Below, piece by piece: positions 27,912 through 42,647 of a stretch of DNA of 64,000 nt. The stretch spans positions 32,922,001-32,986,000 of the forward strand of contig OX597828.1 in NCBI GenBank assembly GCA_951406725.2, written 5' to 3'. The notes under the pieces are model-generated. The model worked only from the letters and a program-made list of their open reading frames with translations, was not told the origin of the DNA and searched no databases. Numbering within the stretch: the first letter of the stretch is position 1; every line of letters starts with the position of its first letter. The stretch comes from Octopus vulgaris. Taxonomy: Eukaryota. A program made the translations under genes and the position numbers.

Positions 27912-28066
27912 TTGCTGCTACTACTTCTAATAATAATAATAATAACGGTAATAATGATAACAGTAGTTGTAGTAGTAATATGCTAATGTCGACAATCATG
28001 TATTTGTCTATATAACTGAAATAATTATATTCTTTCATGCATGCATATTGCTGTTAACGTGCACAA

Positions 28067-28129
<63 letters not shown>

Positions 28130-28219
28130 TACATATATATGTATATATGTATATGCATGTTTATATATATATGTATATATGTATATATATATATGTATAT
28201 ATACATATACATATATTGG

Positions 28220-28270
<51 letters not shown>

Positions 28271-28327
28271 TTGGATATATACATATATATATAAACATGC
28301 ATATACATATATACATATATATGTATG

Positions 28328-28382
<55 letters not shown>

Positions 28383-28390
28383 CATACATA
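26930..28390. repeat. (CTAT)n, (TA)n, (TTA)n, (CTA)n microsatellite cluster
   Basis: Directly visible. Confidence 0.9.
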
Positions 28391-28979
28391 CGCAAAAACA
28401 CTCACAGAAGCACATGCATGCACACACGAATACAAACGCACGCACACACACATATATGATATGCGAACGGACATGTGCGTTTGTTGATATATAAGCATGG
28501 AAATTTACACGCACACATACACACTTTTCGTCTCTCTCATACAACACACGTAGGTTGGCAGGGTTTGGATGAGAACTAAATTTATATATGCACGCTTGTG
28601 TGTATCTTTTGTGTGCATGATTTCTAAATATTGATATGCATATTTATAAACACAAAACAACATTACTTCCGTGATCTTTTCCATTCTTACATATTTCGTT
28701 ATTCTAATTATAATTATTGCTACAATAATTATTGGTTTGGAAACTTTCTGAATCTTAGAGACTTTGATAAGTGCAACATATATATGGCATACCTTCCAAT
28801 ATTTTCCTGCAATAAAGAATTTTCAGTTACAAACCAAGAATAATTTAAATTTGATTTCAGTTAAATCTGCGTGTATTGTAGTTCGTGATTTGTATTTTTA
28901 CTGTAGGAAATAAAAACTTATTTTCTACTCCATCTCCGAATGTTGTCCTGAAGCGAATTGGAGGAGTTGTAACTCTTTC

Positions 28980-29950
28980 ATTAACTGACGTACATAGTTC
29001 AAATTACAGAACTGAGTACAGTAACGCTACCACTATAGCATGGTACTATTTACCGCAGTCTTCACAGAAAATATTTCATTTTCACCTTCATTAAACGCAT
29101 CTTATGCTTCAGAGCCACTTTCATCTCGCTTGTGTCCCTGGAGCTATTCCTTCATTCAACCAAACATTTGAAAAACGGTGGGTACTATATCCAGGATGTA
29201 CAGTGAACGATGTATCACTGACCAAATTAATTTGCTTTTTGTTAGATTTGTTGCCAAATGTGTGTGTGGCCGCGCATTGCCATCAGCAATATGCATCATT
29301 CTCAAATTCTTGTTCACCCTTTTCCTTCTAATGGCTTCTCTAGACAACCCAATTCCCTTTAATGTAGCGCCTACTGTCCAGGGTACAATCCCCTTTCCAA
29401 GATTTAAGGAGTCAAGGATAATGGCACCCTTACCATTTAAATGACAGTTGCTATGACATAATGGGCTGATCGGTGGCTATTAAACCTCAGTCTTCGAGAA
29501 GCGTTGTCCGCCTATTCGATATAATGAACCCTCGTTTCAGGATCATAACGTTTCGGCCTTTTTGATCTGCTCTCACTTGGGCGGCAAAGAATGTGCCTTC
29601 ATTGTCATCAAATGTTTCCAGAGTCAGAGCAAATTTCCACATTCCCTTCTTCAAATCGACAGTCGAAATCTTCCAGTGCTTTCTGTAATACGTTATTACC
29701 ACATCCTAGTTTTGCCCTTAATTTGTCCGTGCCAATCGATTCTTGCTTTTACTGGTGCTTTGTATCAGTAGTCGCAGTTGATGCTCTGCTACTGCTTGCT
29801 TTATTTTTCGGTGCTCGTTTCTCATACTTTAAATTTCACCATCGAAGTGTCTATATTTCTCCTGTCAGTAACATCTGAAATACAGCAATTTTTTATCTGT
29901 AGATGCTGGACAGACTGCACCTCCCTTTCTTCAACAACTCAATGATGTCA
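28980..29950 (-). pseudogene. Highly decayed mariner transposase
   Basis: Fragments REAIRRKR, GNARPHTHLAT..KSKLI..LYILDIVPTVFQMFG (cf. HDNARPH..YSPDLAP.DF.LFG) and DPETR; many stops and frameshifts; ends uncertain. Confidence 0.55.
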
Positions 29951-30319
29951 CGATGCATCAGCCTGATCGCACTATTTGCCTGCAAATAAGAACAGGGAAA
30001 ATGGGGGGGGTCTCCTTCCGGCATGTGTAATTTAGACGGCATATATCTAAGTATATGTTATTTCTACACTTGCGTTACATTCGGTAGAAGCCTTGCGTTG
30101 CAATTCTTCATTCAATTTAATGTTTAAGCATTGTTTTGATATAATAAATTCGGAGAAAGCTGTAAACTATTCTCCTGTCAGTCTTTTAAATATTTGATAC
30201 GTTTTCTTGTATCACCAGCACAATAAATCGTAAGATTTCATCAAAGTGTCTCAGCTCCGCTTTATATAAACCGCTCGGGTAAAATATGTTCGAATGTATG
30301 CAGACAGTTGAATTACATT

Positions 30320-30595
30320 AGGCTGTGAAATATGTATGGACACTCTAATGTGCTCGAAGGGTGTATTCTCCTGAAATACAGAGTCAATTGTTTGGATACG
30401 GTACATCTCGCTTGTGCAAATTACTTGGATATTTAATCGGTTCACAAATAGATAGTTATTGGTCTCAAGTAAAGTATATTTACCTCTCAGGCAACAGAAT
30501 ATGCTCCGTATTTATTCCAGATAAACTACTGAGTTTGGACGTGGTGAACATATTCGCCAAAGTTCCCAAAGATGGGGCTATATCATCAGTTTGAA
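30320..30595 (+). pseudogene. Penelope-like element reverse transcriptase fragment
   Basis: MYGHSNVLEGCILLKYRVNCLDT (cf. YGLPKVHK..PLRPIVS) followed in another frame by LLSLDVVNIFAKVPKDGAI (cf. LVSFDVVSLFTNVP..EAI). Confidence 0.55.
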
Positions 30596-31244
30596 ACAAA
30601 CTGAATTTGGATATTTATTTAAGAAAAATAGATAAACTTTAATACTTAACCTTCTGGTGGTGGGGGTCTTAATATTCACTGTAGAAATAATACTCTTAAT
30701 ACTTAGATGTACTTCGACACTGGTGCACTATTATCTCTACCGATAGGAAACTTAAATTTGAAATACTTTGAGCAAATTACTTTAGAACTTACATCGTTTA
30801 ACAAATATGTTGCTGCGAAATATAAAGGACAGTTTCATAATTTGGCCTCACTAACAAAAAGTCTAAGTAGTGCCAGTCCATGGGCTTCTAATAAGACATT
30901 CGCAAAGCAAGCAAAATGAATGGCAAGATGAATGATATTCCTGGGTGAGCTGAAATTTTCTCCTACTGTGAACTCGCAATATTCATCTATCTAAAGCCAA
31001 GATATATTAGGCAATATCTGGTATACATATGGATTTGTGCAGTTATGAAACCAAATATCAAGTCACATGATTTACAGAATTATGAAGATATAATTTTATG
31101 TTTATGAAATTACAACTCCACGGAAAGAATCTGAAATCTTATACATGTTAATATGCACATGCACAAAGATCAACAAAATGCATGATGTATATATGAATAT
31201 ATATTTTTATATGTGGAAGGTGTGTGTGTATGTGTGTATGTATA

Positions 31245-31289
<45 letters not shown>

Positions 31290-31562
31290 ATTTATTTGAG
31301 TACACATTAGCGTTCTCGATCAAGCCAAGGAATTAATTAATTTATGGTAAACACAATTTCTTTCCAAAATCCGCATTCCGCTTCAAGGGAGATGAAAAAA
31401 TATTATTATGAGTGTTATAAGTATACATTTTGAAGTCAGGTGCCTCATCTCCATAATGGAGATGAAAACCAACATTTTAAAGTGGCTCAATTAAACTCTT
31501 GTGGCGTCAGGTTCACATAAAACAACTTGCTTCCTTGTTAGTCAGCAAATATAGTATACATA

Positions 31563-32402
31563 CAGGGTGCGATGGGCAAAGTGTCGGTATTTATATTTCT
31601 AATTTCGCGCATGCGCCATTTTGGCTTTTGATTTTGTCGACTACACAGTACAAGATGGTCAGTTGGGCACCATCTCTCAGAAAAGAAGCAACACGACACA
31701 ATTACCTCTGCCAGAAATATGGAAACAACATGTGTAGTGCTTGCTCCAGAAGCAACAATTCAAACATTTCAGAGTGTTTTGGTGTCAATCCGAGGACAGT
31801 TCAGAGGATTCGGAAACAGCTGGATGAGTGTAATTGTGATTACGAAGGTACAGTAGTTTTGAAAACTCGTTCTGATCGTTTTGATAAGAAATTAACTCCA
31901 TTCATCCTTCCGCAAGGTCTCAGGCACAACTGAGAGGCCTAAATCAAGTACCTGGAGGGGTTAGTGCTGCCCTGCATCAAAAGTGTGGCTGTTGGAATAC
32001 CCTACGTCTCGCCACAGGACTCTGCACCATGCCACATAAGCAGGAAAAACCAGACATCACTTCAGACAATTTCTGCGACCACTTCGCTTCTAACATCTGG
32101 CCATTTAACTGCAACCCTCTTGCTTATTATGTGTTGGGCGCAGTTGAGCGAGAGATCAACAAAATTCCTTGTAACACCAAAGATGAACTGAATGCAAGGA
32201 TTATAGCAACAGTCACCAACTGTAACAAAGAGGCTGTCCAGAAGAGTGCCAGGAGATTCCGAAGTCGTCTGGAGGCCATGGTTGAAGCCAATGGCGATTA
32301 CATTGAATAAATTTAATCTTTAGTATTTCAAGATATTTTTAAGTAATTTTCGTAGCTATATCTCTTAAAATAAGGTGTCAGTGATATTTTCATTTTTGCG
32401 TA
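31563..32402 (+). mobile_element. DD37D/maT-like transposon relic, copy C
   Basis: 5' TIR TA-CAGGGTGCGATGGGCAAAGTGTCG; HTH-like ISECFGVNPRTVQRIRK; QDSAPCH..IWPFNCNPLAYYVLGAVE..RFRSRLEAMVEANGDYIE*. Combining copies A and C gives 37 residues between the 2nd and 3rd catalytic D. Confidence 0.85.
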
Positions 32403-32776
32403 CTCACACACACACAAGCACATGTATATATATATATATACACAAATACATAATTACTGAATTTTGATCTGGGATCTATGTAGAGTCATCCCATGACGTA
32501 GATTGTTTTTGGTTTGGCCTATTTATTTTTCTCGACACCCTGAGCAAGTTAATACATATATTAGGATTTTCTTCTTCCTTTCGCCGCTTCTTTCCTCGGC
32601 TACTGCTGCTTAACAATCAAAACCAAGAACTCATATCATTTGACTGTCCGCCAAATACTCGAAGGGTTGATACATATCAACCATAGGCCGGAACCACAGG
32701 TTTATCGGACCTATATTTTCAAACGCCTTATTTTATCTGAATCGTTATTTTACTACATATATGTGTGCGTGTGTGT

Positions 32777-32830
<54 letters not shown>

Positions 32831-32879
32831 GAGTGAGTGTGTATGGGGGGGTGTAGAATGAGGACTGAAAAGGAACACG

Positions 32880-33140
32880 AGTTGATATATATGGAAAAAA
32901 CGCCAAGGTAGAAAATGCTAAAATAATTTTATAAAGAAATATTTCAATACCGGTTTCAGTCATTGTCACATTTTCAACTGTAAAGAATGGAAAACAATTA
33001 AATTTTGGAAAAATTAAAAGAAAATTTTTCTTTTAAAGAATATTTGCATAGTGTTTAAATACAAGTTGCATTTCGATTGTCTCTGCCTGTCTCTGTCTCT
33101 CTTGCTTACTCTTGTGGGTTCGAGGTCCTTGTGAATTATT
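32880..33140 (-). mobile_element. pLTR-like repeat with variant hammerhead (32945-32980)
   Basis: Homologous to 50150-50405; reverse complement CAG-TTGAAAA-stem II-GAAA-CCG-GTA-TTG. Confidence 0.65.
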
Positions 33141-33709
33141 GGTGGGGAAGAAGAAGAAGAAGAAGAAGAAGAAGAAGAAGAAAAAGAAGAAGAAGAAGAA
33201 GAAGAAGAAGAAGAAGAAGAAGATGAGCAACAACAACAACAGCAACGAAAAAACAACAACAACAACAACAAAAATGCGGGTGTGCCATGATACTAGTATA
33301 TCAAATGGTCAAGTGCCCTGAAAGTGACACGATGTATATATAGTGTAAACAAAGTCAGTGTTTATAATATCCGACTAAATGGTAAAATATCTGTATATAC
33401 TATCGCAATACGTTACCTGCATTATCCCCGGGGATTGGTGTGCAGGCAAACCATGCAAGTGAAATGCAGGTAACAACAAGGTAAACAAGAGTTTATCAGG
33501 AACCAATGAGAATAATTAGAAAATGGAGAAAAGTACGAATTAACCAACACATCGATTGGACCAGATTTGTAGCCTATATTTTTAATATAACGCATGATGT
33601 AACATACGTCACCTATTTGTTATGTCATGCTTTGTATTAAAAATAATCTATAAATGTAGTATATTCCATGTGTTTGGTAATCTGAGGTTTTCTCCATTTT
33701 CTAATTATT

Positions 33710-33865
<156 letters not shown>

Positions 33866-34131
33866 TGTAAAACCAATACAGATTTCTTTGAGTTGTATGA
33901 GGATCATCATAACACCGAACGCAAAGGAGGGGAAAACTGAAAGGAACTAAAAAGAAAAAAAAAACGCATTTCGATGCCAAATAAGAAACCTATTCACATC
34001 ACAAGGCTAACATGTGTGTATGTGTCTGTGTGTTTCTGAGTCTGTGTCCGTATGTGTAAGTGTGTGTATGTCGACGTGGTATGTATGTGTTAATGTAAAG
34101 CTTATATTCACTGTCCTTTATTAGCACATTT

Positions 34132-34227
34132 AGGCGAATGCAATTAGCAACGTGAAATATTGTGCTCTATTCTTCATCAAAGACTTCTATATATTATTCT
34201 CATATCTCCAGAGACTATCAGAGTCCA

Positions 34228-34277
<50 letters not shown>

Positions 34278-34869
34278 TGAGCCGTTTTCAAGTTGTCAAA
34301 ACTGTCGGCGTGTCACTCTATCTTACTATTTTCCCTTTGTTTGATGTTTGTTGGTGACCCACTTTTCCATACAGGAATGATTTGCTATGCCCGATTTCTC
34401 ATTACGTACGTGCAAAATAGGCGCAAGCCCAAAATATACCATATTATAATATATGGTTCCGAGTTCAGTCCTACGGCGTGATACCTTGGGCAAGAGTCTT
34501 CTACTATAACCTGAGACCAACCGAAACCTTGTGACTGGATTTGAGATGGAAATTAAATGGGTTATCAAATACTTTCATCTTAAGAGTTGTCTCCCTTCAC
34601 GAATGAGGAATTTTGACTAAGCAGCATTGTGGAAAGAGGAAGAGAGATGGGTAAGAAAGAAAAGAAAGATGAAGACATATATGTGTATGTGTGTGTATGT
34701 ATGTATGTATGTATGTATGTATGTATGTATGTATGTATGTATGTATGTATGTATGTATGTATGTATGGATAGAGAAAAATGTCAGAAGCGCAGGGGATTG
34801 CTGGAGTGAAAGTATTTCGACTATTAGAGAAAAAATGGATATGAATGGAATATCAGAGAAAGAGAAGGA

Positions 34870-34905
<36 letters not shown>

Positions 34906-36379
34906 AAAAAGACAGAGAGAGAGAGAGAAAGCTGTAGACTGTCAAAATGTTCAGGAGTAAAATCAGGGCGAACACTTAATGATGTAGTGATATACCACTG
35001 CATAGAGACTACACGCGTTTCTTTTATGTTCAAATTTCATGACCATTTTGACCAAAATATTCTAATATTCTACACTTTGTGTTTACATTTTTTGAAAATT
35101 TTCGATTTGACATTTTGTAATATATGTCGTTGCATTTAATAATTCAAAAGTTTGTTTTTTCGAGTATTTTTCATGTTTCGGTATACGTGTGTATATGTGT
35201 GCGTATACGTGTGTGTATACGTGTGTGTATACATGTGTATATGTACGTGTATGTTTCGGATCTTGCGTGCGTAACGTTCTGCATCTACAGCTTGGGCTCA
35301 AAAGATCACCAGACAGTTATAGAAAAAGACGTCACGAGACATTTTTAGGTAAAATAAAGTTATCTAATTTATATTATGATAATAAACTTAACCATGTATA
35401 ATAATTGAACAAAACTATTTCACTATGATGACTATACAAATAATGTTCATGTAGAATTATATTTACATGTACATATTGTTTAACAAATACTAATTGTTTT
35501 GAAATAGAATTATTCAACTTCCAGCGTAATGTTTCACTTTTGTATTATGTAATATCATATATAATTATTAATCATTTGTCGAACAGCTGTGAGAAAAACG
35601 GTTTATTTTTAAAATATCTCTTTCAAAATACATAACAGCATTAAATTCGAAATCATTAAGTCTCCTAAATATTATTATTAATGTATATTAACGTGGTTAA
35701 ATGGCTAATTTGATCCTTGTGTCGCCGACATTGTGCACCTAGAGGACGCGAAGTTTTTTATAATTATCGTGAATAATGATCATCAGGAGTGTATAAGTAG
35801 ACATTTTTTAAAGTTGACCAACTTCAAATCTCCTTCGATATTGGTGAATTGTATCCAATTATGAAATCGTAAAAATGTCTTGTAAATGTTAGTGCCTTAT
35901 GTTTTTCACTTTAGTCCGATGAAAGAGGTTAACAATTTATTGTACAAAATTACACTCCATTACTTTCCTCCAGATTTTAAATATTTATATCTTTAGTGAA
36001 ATATCTCACTTCGTAAAAAAATATTTAATTATTAAACCATAGGTTATATCATGCTCACGATTTCTAAACAGAATGAAATAGTTTTATATATTAAAAACAC
36101 CATTTGTTATAGGTAACATAAAAATTAGAACTTTCCCCTGATATCGCATAAGTTTAAATTCAAATATCTAACCCAACATCATAATAGGAAGGAATGGCTA
36201 TTTGACATATGACTTTCTTTCTCTAGGAAAAGCCAATGAATTATTTGATAGACATCTTCAAAGAGGTAACAATACTCATTGGAATCAAAATCTTAATTCC
36301 ATAGAGTATTGTTGATGAGGAAAATGCATGTATAACACAAAGACTATTATGAAATGTACTTTTAACACAAAAAAAAGAG
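34132..36379. repeat. Tandem segmental duplication, unit 1 (~2.25 kb)
   Basis: Near-identical to 36380-38309; AGGC at each boundary. Confidence 0.95.
34419..34555 (+). mobile_element. CORE-type SINE 5' fragment (family B), duplicated at about 36662-36785
   Basis: GGTTCCGAGTTCAGTCC (B-box-like) followed by ACCTTGGGCAAGAGTCTTCTACTATA. Confidence 0.7.
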
Positions 36380-36475
36380 AGGCGAATGCAATTAGCAACG
36401 TGGAATATTGTGCTCTATACTTCATCAAAGACTTCTATATATTATTCTCATGTCTCCAGAGACTATCAAAGTCCA

Positions 36476-36523
<48 letters not shown>

Positions 36524-36917
36524 TGAGCCGTTTTCAAGTTGTCAAAAACTGTCGGTGTGTCACTCTATCTTACTATTTTCCCTTTGTTCGATGTTGGTGA
36601 CCCACTTTTCCATACAGGGATGATTTGCTATGCCCGATTTCTCATTACGTACGTGCAAAATAGGCGCAAACCCAAAATATACCATATTATAATATATGGT
36701 TCCGTGTTCAGTCCTACAGCGTGATACCTTCTACTATAACCTGGGACCAACCGAAACCTTGTGACTGGATTTGAGATGGAAATTAAATGGGTTATCAAAT
36801 ACTTTCATCTTAAGACTTGTCTCCCTTCACGAATGAGGAATTTTGACTAAGTAGCATTGTGGAAAGAGGAAGAGAGATGGGTAAGAAAGAAAAGAAAGAT
36901 GAAGAAATATATGTGTA

Positions 36918-36948
<31 letters not shown>

Positions 36949-37079
36949 ATGTAAGTATGTATGTATGTATAGAGAAAAATGCCAGAAGCGCAGGGGATTG
37001 CTGGAGTGAAAGTATTTCGACTATTAGAGAAAAAATGGATATGAATGGAATATCAGAGAAAGAGAAGGAAAGAAATAAC

Positions 37080-37111
<32 letters not shown>

Positions 37112-38309
37112 AAGCTGTTCAGGAGTAAAATCAGGGCGAACACTTAATGATGTAGTGATATACCACTGCATAGAGACTATACGCGTCTCTTTTATGTTCA
37201 AATTTCATGACCATTTTGACCAAATTATTTTAATATCCTTCACTTTGTGTTTACATTTTTTGAATATTTCCGATTTGAGATTTTGTAATATATGTCGTTG
37301 CATTTAATAATTCAAAAGTTTGTTTTTTCGAGTATTTTTCATGCTTCGGTATACGTGTGTATATGTGTGTGTATACGTGTGTATATGTACGTGTATGTTT
37401 CGGATCTTGCGTGCGTAACGTTCTGCATCTACAGCTTGGGCTCAAAAGATCACCAGACAGTTATAGAAAAAGACGTCACGAGACATTTTTAGGTAAAATA
37501 AAGTTATCTAATTTATATTATGATAATAAACTTAACCATGTATAATAATTGAACAAAACTATTTCACTATGATGACTATACAAATAATGTTCATGTAGAA
37601 TTATATTTACATGTACATATTGTTTAACAAATACTAATTGTTTTGAAATAGAATTATTCAACTTCTAGCGTAATGTTTCACTTTTGTATTATGTAATATC
37701 ATATATAATTATTAATCATTTCTCGAACAGCTGTGAGAAAAACGGTTTATTTGAAAAATATCTCTTTCAAAATACATAACAGCATTAAATTCGAAATCAT
37801 TAAGTCTCCTAAATATTATTATTAATGTATATTAACGTGGTTAAATGGCTAATTTGATCCTTGTGTCGCCGACATTGTGCACCTAGAGGACGCGAAGTTT
37901 GTTATAATTCTCCGTGAATAATGATCATCAGGAGTGTATAAGTAGACATTTTTTAAAGTTGACCAACTTCAAATCTCCTTCGATATTGGTGAATTGTATC
38001 CAATTATGAAATCGTAAAAATGTCTTGTAAATGTTAGTGCCTTATGTTTTTCACTTTAGTCCGATGAAAGAGGTTAACAATTTATTGTACAAAATTACAC
38101 TCCATTACTTTTAAACAATATGTACATGTAAATTTGACATATGACTTTCTTTCTCTAGGAAAAGCCCGTGAATTATTTGATAGACATCTTCAAAGACGTA
38201 ACAATACTCATTGGAATCAAAATCTTAATTCCATAGAGTATTGTTGATGAGGAAAATGCATGTATAACACAAAGACTATTATGAAATGTACTTTTAACAC
38301 AAAAAAGAG
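36380..38309. repeat. Tandem segmental duplication, unit 2 (~1.93 kb)
   Basis: Copy of unit 1 with substitutions, microsatellite length changes and a 233-bp deletion. Confidence 0.95.
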
Positions 38310-38549
38310 AGGCTAAATATCCAATGCTCTATAACAAACTAAAAAAATCAAGAATTTTTGGAAATGTTTGAATAATTTGAAGCAAGTAAAAACAAGCCAA
38401 AACAAAATAAAGATTTAATCGCAAGAATAACGGAATCCTTCACACGCAAAAACACCCACGCACATAGTCTTGTACAAGCTCATACAAGGCTGTATGTATC
38501 AACATATACTCATATACATTATATATATATATATATATGTATATATATG

Positions 38550-38611
<62 letters not shown>

Positions 38612-38839
38612 CATACAAGCACACGCGCATATATGTATATGCATATGTACATATATAGAGAGAGATAGATGCATGCATATAACCATATTTGTTTGATTTT
38701 GTTTGTATATACATATGTCTTTATGTAGGTATGTATACAATTGTGAATATGGATTTATATAGTGAGTTTGAGTATATTTCCATATTCTTTTAATCTTCAA
38801 ATTCAATATTCTTTACAATACAATTTCGGTATATACATA

Positions 38840-38876
<37 letters not shown>

Positions 38877-41800
38877 CGAGAATATAGCGAATCCAAAAAC
38901 TTTCAATCTATAGCTAGAACATGTTTGGTGCTATTACCTTTTTTCTTCTACTTTGTATACAAACATAGCTAAACATATGTAGAAATATAATGACACACAC
39001 AAAGGGATCAAAGACACGCAATTTTCACAACAGCATACACATAAACATATTCACCAAGTCCAATGGATGCGAAATCATATTCTAGAGGAGAATATAATGA
39101 TTCACATTTTTTCTTTTGTCAGGATATAGAAAAAACAGAAATATAGCTACATTCATAGATACACAGAAACATCCATTTCGTACTCTCATTTATTCACTTA
39201 ATCAATTATATAGTCGAAGACGCACAAATTTTTTTTACAGTGCACATGACAATACGGAATAGTGAAACTTGAAATACACATACATTTAACAGACAATCAT
39301 AAACACAGATCTACATGCAAACACATTGAAATTACTCTGTTTGATGTATAAATAGAGTTAAGGAAATTAAGCATGAACAGCTACAAACTAGTAAATAGTC
39401 GAAAAAGAATTCAACAACGCAAGACACGTTTGTAAACATCGAACCAATCTATTAAGATAACCGTTAGTTAAATAAGTAATTGTATGTCTTTGCATCTCTG
39501 CAGTGTTTGTTCTAACTATAAATGTGATGAAAGTCGGGTAAATAAGTAAAATTGTGTATGCATGGTTAAATTTTTAATACATCAATTTTTTTCCTATAAA
39601 TATATATATCTACAAGTATATGTATAAAATTGTTCGCTTTCGTCATATATTAAACTCAGATAAATATACGAGTTAGGATTATACATATATATTTTTCCTT
39701 GGTGATTAATGGCTTTTATATTATATGATAGATTTATATCTAAACAAATGAATCGATATAAGTATTCTATGTATAGTTATGTACATAAATAGAAATAAAG
39801 AGAGAGAGAGAGAGAGAGAAGGAGAGAAGGAAAGAGAGAGAATGAAAGAAAGACTATTAATTTTTATGTAAGTATAAGTGTAATCTATGATCAGGTGTCA
39901 AAGAAGATAATATTAGTAAAAAAGGAATGAATGAACAAATAAATAAATAAACGTAATGAAATTTGAGGAAAATAAATAGGAAATAGATAAATAAATTAAT
40001 TAAATAAACCAGAAGTATGTGTAGTTATTAAATATAAAGATATTTTATATGTAACTATGAAAAGAGAACATGTTTATGATGTCGGTTTATATAAAATTAA
40101 TGCTAAACGGTAGGTCTATTTATTTCAACAGCAGATAGCAGAGGATACCGTCGCTGGCCATACTTTTCCAGTACCACATTCGTCTATTCGTGGTATTTCT
40201 GAAATTACAAGTGACAAGGGAATGTCTGTTATTCAGATTTATATAAATGATTACATGAAAATTCACTCGAACAACTAATGCATCTTGCTTTTTTTTTTTT
40301 TTGCTGACTATGCTTCCATTGGTGAAAGATACACCAATTCATTCTCTTATAGGCGCACAGAAATTCACATGAACCTATATATGGGGATCTGTGTCTATGT
40401 GTTTGTATAGAAGCACGTATGTAAGTGTGAATGAATGTAGCTGTGCATGTTTCTGTATGCCGGTGTGTGTGTGTGTGTGTTTATTGATGCGTGTGCACGC
40501 CGCTCATGTACTCGAAATCTGACACGCAACAATAGGGCTAAAGGCAAATATATCAGAGAACGTTTGATTGGCTGATATCATTATAGTTACCTCGCTTGGT
40601 TACTGTTTTTAGCACGTAAATGTATCATGAGGGACATTGTCAATAATAATGGCATTGATAATCACATTTTATCGAAGTTTCCATTTAGTATATTACATAC
40701 ATACGATTCTGCCATGAAAAAAAAATAGACGCTACAGATTTTGTGAATATTTTTAAAGTATCTATACGTAATAACCTTTAATCGCAACCAGGTACCTGGT
40801 ACACATGTGTGTAAGCTCAAATCGTATTTCATAAACGTCTACTGGTTTGACCGAGAAACTCCATCTGATTGACGCTATATTGCCGAAATCGATACGGATA
40901 TTGCTGTCCTTAAAGATATACAGTATTCAAGGGTTTTATACAGAATGCTATAGACAGTTTTTAGTAACTGTTTTTATAACGAATACTGTAATTACAAATT
41001 CCATGAATCATTTTTATTAATTGCAAAACACCTTCAATGGTTAAGGAAATATAATATATTTCTTTATCAATTTACATGTTGGAACAATCCATGATCTATA
41101 ATGGATTAATCTCTCTCTAAACTTACTAGATAAGGATTGTCGGGTCTCATTAGTTGAGATATGTCACAAATACAATATCCTTACCAACTTCCTCTACCAC
41201 AGTTATTCTACTTTGTAAAAGAAACGGTAGACAACTGTAATATCATTTTTATTTCGGGCTAACAAGCAAGAGAATATATTTCACTACCATATGCATCCTT
41301 TTGTTCGAAAGGAAATTTAAAAGTGATATAGTAGCTCGCCTTGGGTATTAATTATCTAATATATATTTCAGATTTCCATTCCAGTGATAGTTACATTTCT
41401 GAGAAGACCAAAACTGAATATTCTTTTACACTTTTAACAATATTAACGCTACCGTTTCACTCAGTTTTTCATTTTACCATTTTAGTGATCTCTCTGGAAT
41501 ATTTTTGCAAGAAAATTGACAAAGCTATAGTGCAAATTGGTAAGTAACCGAATCTTTCGTCTTTGTGTAGTGTATCAGGGAAAATATACTTATATAGTAA
41601 AATGATATATTGAGGAACAATTCACAAGCTGAATGTTATATTTAGTTGTCCTAAAATTCTGCCATATATAATGACTCACAAATTAGATTAGATATGGCAA
41701 TCTACTTTCTCCCTAATAAATTACTATATCACGTGTCTGTCAATACAGAACCAATACAGAACCAATAGACACACTATTCGTTCAATAATTCTTCAAATAA

Positions 41801-42647
41801 TTCTGTAATCAGGAATTCGTTATACGTCTAATTCGCAAAGTTCGTATTAATGTATTCATGATATGCACATACATTAACTATCTTCCCCTTAAATGACCTT
41901 ATACAGGAAAAGCATAAGAGTTTTGAATTCGTACGTGAGATTGATATCCGATCACGTGGAAAAATGTATCTACTTCTGAACTTGCCCAATCTAGTGGAAT
42001 ATCATCCGTTGACCTTTTAATCTTCCATATAAGAGAACTTTTTAAATTCCCATTACAGTTGCCTAACTCCTGGTTCAGAGAATGGTACAGTAGGCTTTTT
42101 AGGAAACCCATATTCATATACTATAGTTAAACAGCCGATCGACCTAAATAAATATATACATTTATTCTTATTTCAATAATATTAGGAATATTCTTTCACT
42201 TGAGCAATCCATAAGTTCTTTTTTGCTTCAGTGGGTTACGATCCGATAGCAAATTCAGTTGTGTACAATATTTTGGAAATCTATTTTAACTAAATATTCA
42301 ATAATCACTGAACTGATTTTAACATCTATATTCACTGTTCATTGCATTGAGAAATAACTATACATTCGTTCATGTCTAATCTCCATATCTAATATGGTGT
42401 GTATGTTACAGCACCATACAGAGTCAAGGTTTTGACCTGATTTGATTCTCAGTTGGCACAAGGTCATTCGACATATGCAACTATCGTCCTTAGGAAATTT
42501 ACGAACGTTAGAATGTCATCTCTACATAGGAGTTCTTTGTGCTAGTTTTCGTTCATATACACGAAAAATTAATTTGTATTGGTATACATATGAACGTTAC
42601 TTGAACTTGCACTAGCAATTTATGTTATTATGATACCGCAGGAACTA

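Noticed and set aside
40858-40902. CTGATTGA-CGCTATATTGCC-GAAA-TCGATA hammerhead-like string
   Set aside because: A palindromic stem III is present, but core spacing and stem I register are inconsistent.
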